Origin: Octopus bimaculoides
Lineage: Eukaryota
Length of the DNA stretch: 64,000 nt
Reading direction: 5' to 3'
NCBI RefSeq assembly: GCF_001194135.2
Contig: NC_068987.1
Span: forward strand, 102,014,854-102,078,853
Part shown: positions 53,383 to 64,000 of the stretch, piece after piece
Position numbering within the stretch: the stretch's first letter is position 1
How the letters are laid out: every line of letters starts with the position of its first letter
Translations under genes and position numbers: made by a program
Notes under the pieces: model-generated
Database searches by the model: none
The model's input: only the letters and a program-made list of their open reading frames with translations
Told to the model about the DNA's origin: nothing

Positions 53383-53502
53383 TTATTTATCTTTCTTCTC
53401 CTGGTCTCTGTCCGTCTTCCTGAAAAATAAAGCACTTTCTTCAAACTTCTTTGCCATCATCCGGGTTATCTCATTCCTCTGAATTGTGTTACTTGGTGGT
53501 AA
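53383..53502 (-). CDS. Candidate terminal coding exon (39 aa, unknown product)
   Basis: Acceptor ttttgtttctgttgactgtattgcaatag|; phase-0 reading LPPSNTIQRNEITRMMAKKFEESALFFRKTDRDQEKKDK*; AATAAA about 120 nt downstream (53258-53263). No homology recognised. Confidence 0.33.
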   Translation of the reverse strand, partial: LPPSNTIQRNEITRMMAKKFEESALFFRKTDRDQEKKDK

Positions 53503-53700
53503 CTATTGCAATACAGTCAACAGAAACAAAATATATAAAATGCATAACAAAGAACTTTAAAAAAAAACATACCTAAAATGTTTAGAGGAATGGAAGAAAA
53601 ATGTGATTGTGACTCAGTCAATCTTTTCCCCAGCTAAACGTGTTCGGAAGTTTGTTCTGCGAAGGAGTGATGTTTATTTATTTTATTTTTATTTTTTCAG

Positions 53701-53718
53701 GGATAGTGATGAAACTCT
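53701..53718 (+). CDS. Candidate 18-nt microexon
   Basis: Long T-rich tract ending ttttttcag|ggatagtgatgaaactct|gtgagt; open in phases 1 and 2 only. Could be chance. Confidence 0.2.
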
Positions 53719-54634
53719 GTGAGTGCTGTAAACAATAACGTTAATCCTACATATTAAAAGTTTAGTTACATGTTTAAAAAATCCCATTTGAAAACAACTA
53801 ATATATCTATGTTGCGCTTAAAAAACAAAGAAGTATAGTGGAATTTTATTTTATCGCTCAGGAATATCATGAGAGTAACACATTGTCAAATATCTGGCAG
53901 TTGGATGAATTGAAATGTAATTAGTATATCTGAGCCTCTTCGCAGTGCACGTTGAACGCCAATGGGAGGAATAATCTACAGAGTATCAGAACTTAACAGA
54001 TATTCACGTTTCTGCGCGTTATTGTATGTCAAGAAAAGTGATAGGAACTGTACATCGGATCAAGAGCACCATAAGTTGTAAATTCCACAGGGATTTTATG
54101 GTAAATTATGTGCTTCCATTTATCAGAGAAATAAATGTGTAGGTCGTGAATTTTTCAGCATAAAAACCATGCAAATTATATCGCAGGAATAATTATGGAA
54201 AAGAATCCGAGTTTTGCAGTTGTCAGCGCTACCTTTGGATGCAAATCTGATCGAATATTTCAGATGGATCGATATGAATATTCCACGAAGGAATTCCGGG
54301 AAATTTAGTAAAAGATCCAATGATACACCACAAAAATATTAAGAATTACGCGGTATTACAGAAACAAATTTCTATGCTTTTGTTTTGCAAATGTGATCCT
54401 GTTTTGACAAATGTATGGTACGCAGAGAAATATTGGTACAAAACGATAGCCCTTTCATTCGCTATTGTAAAAATTACATTTTGTTGAAACTTATACACAT
54501 CGAACGTACATGCATTAAGTTAATTTTTATTGTACATTTCACTTAGTTTATATACTACACGCTCTCTCATTCACAGACACACACAAACAAACAAACACAC
54601 ATAGACACACATACCCTGTCTGTAGATTTCAGGG

Positions 54635-54790
54635 CTGAAGAAGTGGATTACATTACTTTCAGTGGACAGTTGATAGTTATTTCATCAGACCTCGAAAAGG
54701 TGGAAGTCAAAGCTGGCCTCAGTCGAATTTGAACTCAGAACGTAAAGTCAGGAGAAAAATCACTAAGTCCAGTTTGGTAACGACTTTATA
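54635..54790 (-). mobile_element. SINE family A, degraded
   Basis: tttcatcagacctcgaaaagg...caaagctggcctcagtcgaatttgaactcagaacgtaaag. Confidence 0.65.
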
Positions 54791-54879
54791 ATCTCACCAT
54801 TATATATATTATATTTCATATGCGTGTGTGTATGTGTGTGTGCACGCGCGCATATGTGTGTGTGTGTGTGTGTGTGTGT

Positions 54880-55010
54880 GTAGGAGCGTCGTTTCGTGGT
54901 TCATCTGTTGCATTAATAATTGTGGTATCAACTAAGCGGACGATGATTATTCTAGTTGCTCCAGGTCACCCGACTGCAAAAAATGAGGTTGTTTCAACGG
55001 ACTAGCGTAC
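54880..55010 (+). mobile_element. Degraded SINE with family D-like core
   Basis: ttgctccaggtcacccgactgcaaaaaatgag resembles the D core. Confidence 0.4.
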
Positions 55011-55580
55011 CATTAAGGGTGTGATCAAATATACATACAACACAGAATCCGGGAAACCACCGCCTTGACCCTATGGTTCGGAAAGATCATTCGGTCCTTT
55101 CCACATACAAACATGCACACATTACATATGTCCGTATATATACATATATATGCACCTATATCTATGAATATATAAATGTGCATGCATAAATATATAAATA
55201 TGTGTACATATATATACATTTATATACACACATCTGTGTGCTGTGTGCATATGTACACACATTAAATATTCCTATATTAAAGAATAATCATTTTGTAGAG
55301 TCAAAGGTATTGTCATTTGCTACATTGAACATTTTCTTATTTAAACTTATATTAATTATAATTGTAAAATTTCTTGAATGTAATTTGTATAGAAAGTATA
55401 ATGAAGCAGCGTTTACTCATCAATCATGATATTGTGTATAAATTAAAAGACACGTCAGTGTATATCTCCATCTATTTCTCCCAGAAACAGAAATATGTGT
55501 TTAACACACACACAAAACACACACACACGTATATATATACGTGTGTGTATGTGTGTGTGTGTTTTTGTGTGTGTGTATGT

Positions 55581-55619
<39 letters not shown>

Positions 55620-55699
55620 CGCACATANNNNNNNNNNATATATATATATATATATATATGCACATGTATACATATATGCATATATACATGCTAGAAATA

Positions 55700-57400
55700 A
55701 ATAGTACTGCCTATGTTAACCTTTACTCTCTGTCTGACAGGAATCTCTTCACAGTACTTATAAATTACATTTCTGCACAGACAGTATCAAGCAAGTGGGC
55801 ATGAGCCCGGGACGCGACAATTATGTTTTTCTTGTATCAGCATTAATTTTCAGTCCGAGGTGACAGCACCCTCAGCTGGTAGGAGGTGACCTAGTGTATT
55901 CTTTTTATTAGAACTAGTATGGGGATTAGAGTTTTGAGGTGCAACACAAAGATTTGGGTGGATAGATTTCTTGAGTTTAAGATTGGATCTATTAATGGAA
56001 GCTATAATCGATCCTACATTTGGTGTAGTGGAATACAAAAGTTTCACAGATTACATACAGATTACATTTTTTAAATAGTTCGGTAATGGTCTAACCTGAA
56101 GAGAGAAGGGTGGGGCGAACCATATTATTTCTCACTTCCTAGATTTTGAATACTTGGTTTCATTATGTTGGGTGGAGTTATACAATTTATACTTATAATA
56201 ATTGCTAAATGACACATTATTTTTTGGGGCGTTTCCGTAATTTTTTTTTTTAATATATTTAATTGGTTTATTTAAAGAGAAGGCCATAGTATTAGATTGT
56301 GCGTTATTTCTCATAAAGAAATTGGCAATTTTAATTTTAAATATCGTATCGGGGATATAAAATGTTTTATCTTTGAAACCACATAAATTTAGAGCCTGGT
56401 TATAATATGGCGCATGAGTTTTGAATAGATTATTGGCAGGTAAGTTTGTCATTCTAATAGAAATGTCCGTTAACATGCTATTGAGGGTTGACCTAGGATA
56501 ATAAGAGAGAATCTTGAAGTACTGAAGGGTTTGGTTGGGTTTCCTATATGGATGGTGAAGATTAGTATTAAGGTTAAGTGTGACATCCAAGAAGCTGGAT
56601 ACCTTATTATTCATTTCACAAACAATATTTGAATTATAATTTTTAAAGAATTTTATCAAAGATTTCTTAGTGAGTTCAATCTCCGGACGGGATAAACTTT
56701 TTAGTTGCAAAAAGGGTATCGTCTCTACAGAGACCACCGGAAATGTTGGGAAAATATCGCGAGAGAAGAAAGAAGCCCACAAGGCCTGTTTTTTGGACTG
56801 AGTCATAAGCGCCCATTGTTATATCGTAAAAGTCTGAGAGTGTGTTTCGAGTCCAGTTAAATCTGAGTATTTTTCTAGCTGCCAAAATTAGGTCTATATC
56901 AGATGCAGAAATGATTCCATAGATTCGGACAAAGGTTAATGCTTCACCCAAAAGGATGGGTGATATTGATGTAGAGCAATGAGATATATAAAATTGACTG
57001 ATGTCTGTCGTTAAGGGAGTGCAAGCATGTGATTATGTCACCAGTAGATTTCCAAAGAGGGAGCCCTACATTATCCTTGACATGGGGTAGTATGCTTTCG
57101 ATAATTATTTTGCTAATCTTACCTAAGTCAGATTTAGAGGGACAGATTAACCGGATAGAGGGTTTAGATTGTAAACTGGGCTTATGATACTTCAGAGTAA
57201 AATGAGGGATTCTTGGTGAGTATGGTATTGTTCTATTCAATAGGTTTAAATCCTCTATAAGTTTATAACGTATCTTATTATCCTTCTATGCGTTTGCAGG
57301 TGCATGTCAGTAATTAGCTCCTTTAGCATTAAGTGGTTATAAGTTTCAAAAGGCAACGAGTAAAGGTCCCTCTTCCTGCTAATACATATAGGTCTTTATA
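55700..57400 (-). mobile_element. Penelope-like element ORF relic (RT + start of GIY-YIG EN), probably Naiad clade
   Basis: Colinear minus-strand motifs across frameshifts: FTLKYHKPSLQSKPSIRLICPSKSDLGKISK; YDITMGAYDS..LVGFFLL..GLCRDD; FLDVTLNL..HPYRKPN; WFAPPFSLQV; KLLYSTTPNVGSII; HNCRVPGSCPL..NVIYK..NIGST. Confidence 0.88.
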
Positions 57401-57452
57401 ACATCAAATCCTCATTATGACAGTATATCAGATGTGAACCCTTCAATAATAC

Positions 57453-57547
57453 ATTCTCCCTGATGAAGGAGGCGGTGTCTAAAATTTGAATAGCATCATC
57501 CTTTATTTGTATGATGTACGGTACCCTTGAAACGACAGTCGGAGTAT
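57453..57547 (+). ncRNA. Type I hammerhead ribozyme motif with extended stem II
   Basis: attctcc-CTGATGA(57460-57466)-agg...catcat/atgatg...ccctt-GAAA(57529-57532)-C-gaca-GTC(57538-57540)-ggagtat. The catalytic core is intact; stem I has 6 of 7 pairs. Confidence 0.8.
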
Positions 57548-58094
57548 CACCACTTAATTCTTGAAATTAGAGTACCTCCATCTAATCACTGGAAACTTTA
57601 CCTTCCATACGGATTTTAAGCATTTCTTTATTCACCTTTTCGCGAGGATTTGCACTTCTATTTTTTATGAAACTTTTAATATCTTTTAAGAACACTCTTA
57701 CATTGTAAGTAAAATGATGTCATCAATATATACCTTTTAAGATGCTAATATATTTTTATATATTAATATAGTTTTTCTAACCATATACATCTATTATATT
57801 TTCATATATTTTTATATCCGTAAATTTTTAACACTTTTCAATATTTTAATGAGTGATACGTTAAATATATTTTTATGGCAGAATATATGTTGTATTATTA
57901 TTCTAACTTGTGGAACCTACCGGAATTATACTCTTAAATATATATATATATATATANNNNNNNNNNACATACATATATATATACATACATACATATATAT
58001 ATATATAAATAACGTCTTAGGCTGTCTACCAAGCACTTCACAGCTCTTCTATAAAAAACATAAATGTAACTAGATAGCTACCTACCTACCTACC

Positions 58095-58132
<38 letters not shown>

Positions 58133-58204
58133 CATACATACATACATACATACATACATACATACATACATTAATTTATGATAATCTCTCGAGTCTGAGA
58201 AAGA

Positions 58205-58780
58205 TGGCTTCGTAACACCGGTTTTATGGCTGAGAAGAAGCGACGAGCAAATTTCATATCTGCTCATTTTCTGATTTTCATTCAAATCGTGTGGTACACA
58301 TTTCTCGAGCTTTTTTTGATTTTCCGATCGCATGCAAACGGTTTTAGACAGTATTCTGGCTAAGTTCTTTTGCCAGTTCTCGAGTGGTTTCCCGTGGATA
58401 TCACTCAATGTCGATTTTTAATTGACATTCATCGATGACGGATGGGCGTCGTCTACGCTCACGATCTTCAAGACTTAGGTCTCCACTGCAAAATCGTTTA
58501 AACCAGATACACGCTGACCACTGATCATTTCTTCACCAAAAGTTTTGTTGATATCGCGACCAGTTTCAGCTGCTTTACATCCTTTTTTGAAGTTGAATAA
58601 CAGAATTGCTCGAATATTGCGCTTTAACAGTTCAATTTCAGCGCTTAAAAATAATCAATGCCAATTTTTTGAAGCATTTAGGTCTCTATTATCAGACAAT
58701 TGAAAAAAAAGTGTAAAAGAAAATTCAAAGCACTGCGGTCACGTTGGGCATAGTCTTATCTCACAAATCTGTACAGCACA
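58205..58780 (-). mobile_element. Mariner transposon 5' half (transposase relic)
   Basis: Minus strand: KRNIRAILLFNFKKGCKAAETGRDINKTFG; WFKRFCSGDLSLEDRERRRRP; TTRELAKEL; KLEKCVPHDLNENQK (WVPHEL variant). Truncated before the DD34D triad. Confidence 0.92.
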
Positions 58781-59655
58781 TAGGTTTTCGAGGCTGTCAT
58801 TCATGTAAGACCTGACCAGGCTCGGCTTTTCTTAATTTTAGTGGTCTTCATGGTTCAAAACGTTGCTTCCTTTTTACTGAACCTGACATATAAATAGACC
58901 TACGTAAGTAAGAATAAAGGTATGAGATTCTCCGTGACTCGGTTAAGGAGAGTGAACATTCCCCAAAGTGCTGAAGGTAGACTACCAAATCATCAACAGT
59001 AAAAGAGATACTATAGAAGAAATGGTAAAATGCAAAGAGAATCGATTTTCGTCATCTGCTGCACCCTCTTTCCCTCTTTTTCCAAGATAAAATATAACAG
59101 TACAATACTTTCGACATCATTGATTCTGTAAACTTAATCTCTTCCCGCGTACAAGGAATACATACATAGACACACGCGCGCACACACTCACACACACACA
59201 CACATATGCACACACATATATGCTCAGATATGCACACACACAAACACTCACACATACATATATACATGCAAATGTATATACTATATTTATATATATATAT
59301 ATATATNNNNNNNNNNNNNNNNNNNNNNNNNNNNNNNNNNNNNNNNNNNNNNNNNNNNNNNNNNNNNNNNNNNNNNNNNNNNNNNNNNNNNNNNNNNNNN
59401 NNNNNNNNNNNNNNNNNNNNNNNNNNNNNNNNNNNNNNNNNNNNNNNNNNNNNNNNNNNNNNNNNNNNNNNNNNNNNNNNNNNNNNNNNNNNNNNNNNNN
59501 NNNNNNNNNNNNNNNNNNNNNNNNNNNNNNNNNNNNNNNNNNNNNNNNNNNNNNNNNNNNNNNNNNNNNNNNNNNNNNNNNNNNNNNNNNNNNNNNNNNN
59601 NNNNNNNNNNNNNNNNNNNNNNNNNNNNNNNNNNNNNNNNNNNNNNNNNNNNNNN

Positions 59656-59699
<44 letters not shown>

Positions 59700-61190
59700 G
59701 AGATGCACTGTAATATTTATATATATTTTACGTGATTTCTCCCCTTCGGTTATAGTTATTATTATTATTGTTGTTTAATTGCCCGCGTTGATACGTTGAT
59801 GCTCCGTTGATGTGATTCTTGTATGATACAGAAAACCTCGGGTAATAACTCATCAGTGATTTTGAGTTTTATATATATAGATATACATAATATGTATATA
59901 TATATAGATATACATAATATATATAGATATATATACACAATATATATAGATATACATAATATGTATATAGATATACATATAGATATACATAATGAGTGTG
60001 TGTATATATGTATATGCCATAAACAAAATTACTTTATCGTCACATTATGTGACTGAGGATGATAGACGTATACATATATACATTCACACCTGCAAACAAA
60101 CGTACACAGATTGATAAACATAATTATGTGGAAATCAGATATAACTGATATATCTGTCAGTATATGAATATAAAATACGCATTCCTGTATGCATTTTAAT
60201 TATATATGCACGTTAACTATATATGGATGTGCCATTCTGTATAAAATATATACTACTAGACCACTGCTAACCCAATAAATATATAAACAAAGGACCATAA
60301 ATCACACACGATGACTCACAACCTGTATGAGTTTGCAGGCGATATACGGGTATACTTTTTTCCCTCCTTGCGCATATTTGCTACTCATACACACACATAT
60401 GTATGCACCTTATGCGCACACTCGCACGCACACACACAGGCATGTGCTTTCATTCTGACATAACGCAATTTCATACATATAGATATGCAAGTGCACACAC
60501 CGATAGATGTATGTTCCAATACGCATCATAATATATGAAGATACATATATGTAAACACGCAAATGGAAATATACTTCCGTTTGTATGAGTATGTATATAT
60601 ATATATATATTTATATATTTATATATATGCTTTTTGCATGAATGTATAGATACTTGAATAGATAGATAAATAGATAGATTTACTTATTTTATTTATCTTT
60701 TATATGTGTATGCGTGCATGGCGCATGCGACTACGTGCATGTGTGTGTGTGTCAGTGCACAAATGTATATATGTATGTGTATATATGTATATGCTATGTG
60801 CACATTTTTAAGTATATATACATTCACGAAAAGATATGTCATGATAAAAATTTGATAATCCTTGACACTTTGTATTTAAAGCAAAATACTGAAAATATAT
60901 GAAATCACAAAACTAATACACTGGGCACAGAAGGGTGTCGTGGTAGGTAAAAACAGGAAAATATTATAAGTTTGGCGTTCAATATCTGCCGCGGTGAAAT
61001 GAATTGAAGTTGTCAAAATTTTTCATATAGACGATTACTAAATTTATGTCATTTATATATTAAAGTTTGACTGTATTATCTATAAGAACTTATATACAAA
61101 AAGGTGTATATACATATGCATACAAACACACATACATCTACATATATACAACTGTATAATATATCTATCTGTATACACACACACACACAG

Positions 61191-61237
<47 letters not shown>

Positions 61238-61316
61238 ATTATTATTATTAATTCATACACATGCCCATACATATGTGCGTGCATGTACGTGTGCATATAT
61301 ATGTATAAATATGCTT

Positions 61317-61379
<63 letters not shown>

Positions 61380-61387
61380 CAGATGAA

Positions 61388-61388
61388 C

Positions 61389-61465
<77 letters not shown>
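61388..61465. repeat. (GATA)n microsatellite
   Basis: Direct reading; similar arrays occur at 11110-11210, 18236-18315 and 58095-58130. Confidence 0.97.
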
Positions 61466-61466
<1 letters not shown>

Positions 61467-61959
61467 ACAGATAGAAGGAGAGAAAGAGAGAAAGAGGGAG
61501 AGAGAGAGGGAGAGAGAGGGAGAGAGAGAGAGAGATTGACAGATATAAATACGGTTATACATGTAGTCATATATATCATGCACATTTTCCCTCACACTGC
61601 GCCTGTTGATCTGTCATTCTCGTCACGTAGAGTTCGAATTTTGCAATCATTGACACCTACAATCTCTGTCACAAATGAACATGTCGAAAAAGCAATTCCA
61701 ATTTTTCAGTATATCACAGATATAGGCACATGAATCTTGAATATTTACACACACTCTCATACACATACACATAATCACACACACATAATTGTGCATACAG
61801 GCACACATATATATATATATTCATATACACATATACATATATATGTACACATATATTAATATATATATTCATATATATACATATATACATATGTATCTAT
61901 ATACATATATACATATATACGTATATACGTATATATGTACATATATATAAATGTATATG

Positions 61960-62026
<67 letters not shown>

Positions 62027-62254
62027 GTATATATGTAGTATATACGTGTATATATATATATCTGTATGCATGTATGCATATATGTATTTATTTATTTATA
62101 TATGTATATATAAACGCACACAATCAGTTGAAATGTGAATATACACTGTCATTTCTGAAAGATTTATTTCGTATTTCTTCCTTTAGTATTCGGTAGGCGA
62201 AGAAGATGATTTTTTCCAGCTGCTCTTCTATAGTTGCCTCGTTGATGGAGATAC

Positions 62255-62504
62255 CTCACAGATGTACTCCGATTCTTGGCGTTGCTCTGTCACTTCAATA
62301 ATCTGTGTGACAGCCGGTATACACCTATCAAAGGGCTCAGATGATCTGAATGGCTTGATGTTGATTTCTCTCCCTGTTGATTGTGGTAAAAGGAATCCAA
62401 AAGTTTTGCTTATAAATTCCTCTATGCCTGCAAAGGAATTCAGACAACGCTTTGGTTTCTGTAGTTGGTAGTAAGCCTTGTCACTACAATCAACATAATG
62501 TATT
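62255..62504 (-). CDS. Candidate coding exon (83 codons; unknown product)
   Basis: Acceptor tattattttatattttag|a starts a stop-free, normal-complexity frame: IHYVDCSDKAYYQLQKPKRCLNSFAGIEEFISKTFGFLLPQSTGREINIKPFRSSEPFDRCIPAVTQIIEVTEQRQESEYICE. Possible donor gag|gtatct, or read-through to TAG at 62229-62231. Absent from the ORF track because it has no early start codon. Confidence 0.42.
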
Positions 62505-62693
62505 CTAAAATATAAAATAATAATATATTAACAAGTTTGAAGTACCAGGTATTGTCAACAGACTTCAAACCGTATAATGCTGAGTGTATTTTCACTTTTG
62601 AGATGGCCATATATACACACACATAGTCACGCATACCTACTCTCTGTCTCCCTTTATCTCTCTTTGACTCTCTCTCTCTCTCTTTCACACACG

Positions 62694-62778
<85 letters not shown>

Positions 62779-62995
62779 GCACACAGTTTTATGCAATCGT
62801 TCATCGAGAGTATTCAAAATACCCCTTGAAAATTCTGAATTCTCAAGACTCAGTCAAACGGTTCTGTAAAATCCAGAGTAACAGTTTGTGAAACTTCTTT
62901 AACTTCAATTATCTATGTGCATGAGTGCCTATGTCTATGTCTGTGTCTGTGAAGTTATGTATATATGTGCGTTTGTGTGAATAATTGCGTATACA

Positions 62996-63048
<53 letters not shown>

Positions 63049-63240
63049 TCAAGGTTTGAATATGGTACTTAAGCGAAGGCACCCGAATATCGCATCCCTG
63101 ATAGACCCCCGCTATGTCAAGATGGACTTATATATTCTTCCTCACATTTGGATTTTATATATGCTCTCTCCCACTTGGATTTAATATGTTGCCACATTTA
63201 TAATATGTCTTTTTTCTACATTTTCTACATTTTCGTGCAG

Positions 63241-63270
63241 CTGAAGATTGCTCTTCATATTGCATTTGAG
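63241..63270 (+). CDS. Candidate 30-nt exon (LKIALHIAFE, phase 0)
   Basis: ttttttctacattttctacattttcgtgcag|ctgaagattgctcttcatattgcatttgag|gtaatg; only phase 0 is open. Confidence 0.22.
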
Positions 63271-63589
63271 GTAATGATCACATTACTTAAATAAATTGAA
63301 GTAGCATGAAACGTGCGTACTGCAATCACTTTTGAAATCCGTGTTGCTTATTGTTNNNNNNNNNNNNNNNNNNNNNNNNNNNNNNNNNNNNNNNNNNNNN
63401 NNNNNNNNNNNNNNNNATATATATATATATATATATATATAAACAATTGCAGCGTGGAAGGTATTTATAAGCCATTTAAGAAACACACAAAAACAGTTAG
63501 ATTCACTTCAACATTTAAATTTAATTTGTGTCAAAATATTTTCGTCGTTTTGAGACCGCGACCTGTTAACTGACAAAATTCTGTGATGC

Positions 63590-63940
63590 AGCACCTCACC
63601 ACCTTGAATTTTTAGTCGAATAAATCGAACCCAATACTACCTTTCAACGCCAGGTACTTTTTCTATCAGGTTCTTCTGGCGAACCGCCAAGTTACGAGTC
63701 TATAAACACACCACCACTAATTATTAGTCGGTGATGGGTGGGGTGGGGAACAAACACACGCACATAGATATATACATACATATATGTACAACGGGCTTTT
63801 TCACTTTCCATCTACCAGCTCCACTCCCAAGGCATTTGTCGGCTCCAAGCTATAGTAGAAAACTCTAGACCAAGTTGCCACAATATGAGACTGATCCAAG
63901 AACCATGCGTTTTGGGTGGCGAGCTTGTTACCACAATGAG
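63590..63940 (-). mobile_element. SINE family B, near full length, diverged
   Basis: tttagtcgaataaatcga...ggcgaaccgccaagttacg...acgggcttttt...ccatctacc...agctatagtagaaaac...gaaccatgcg. Confidence 0.75.
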
Positions 63941-63958
63941 TGTGCATACGTATTTGTA

Positions 63959-63993
<35 letters not shown>

Positions 63994-64000
63994 ATATATA

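Overview
This is AT-rich eukaryotic DNA saturated with microsatellites ((TA)n, (CA)n, (GA)n, (GAT)n, (TAGA)n) and broken by about 26 N-gaps (roughly 7 kb by hand count). The repeat landscape and TTAGGG motif point to an octopus or other coleoid cephalopod draft assembly (inference, no search run). No complete protein-coding gene is visible, and almost all listed ORFs are translations of microsatellites or of N-runs. Recognisable content is mostly decayed mobile DNA. It includes at least four tRNA-derived SINE families (about 20 copies), an RTE-clade and a Tx1/L1-clade LINE RT fragment, Tc1 and mariner transposase relics, and a small MITE. There are also three Penelope-like (PLE) coding relics, two of the RLINP/YRDD type (probably Naiad clade) and one GIY-YIG end. 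The most notable signal is a set of type I hammerhead-ribozyme-like motifs in PLE pseudo-LTR-like DNA: one near-canonical at 57453-57547, one minimal with a U4C core change at 25152-25200, and several degenerate or non-canonical ones. A few splice-site-bounded candidate exons occur (minus 62255-62504 and 53383-53502; plus-strand 18-30 nt microexon candidates), but they need transcript evidence. All translations and folds were done by hand.
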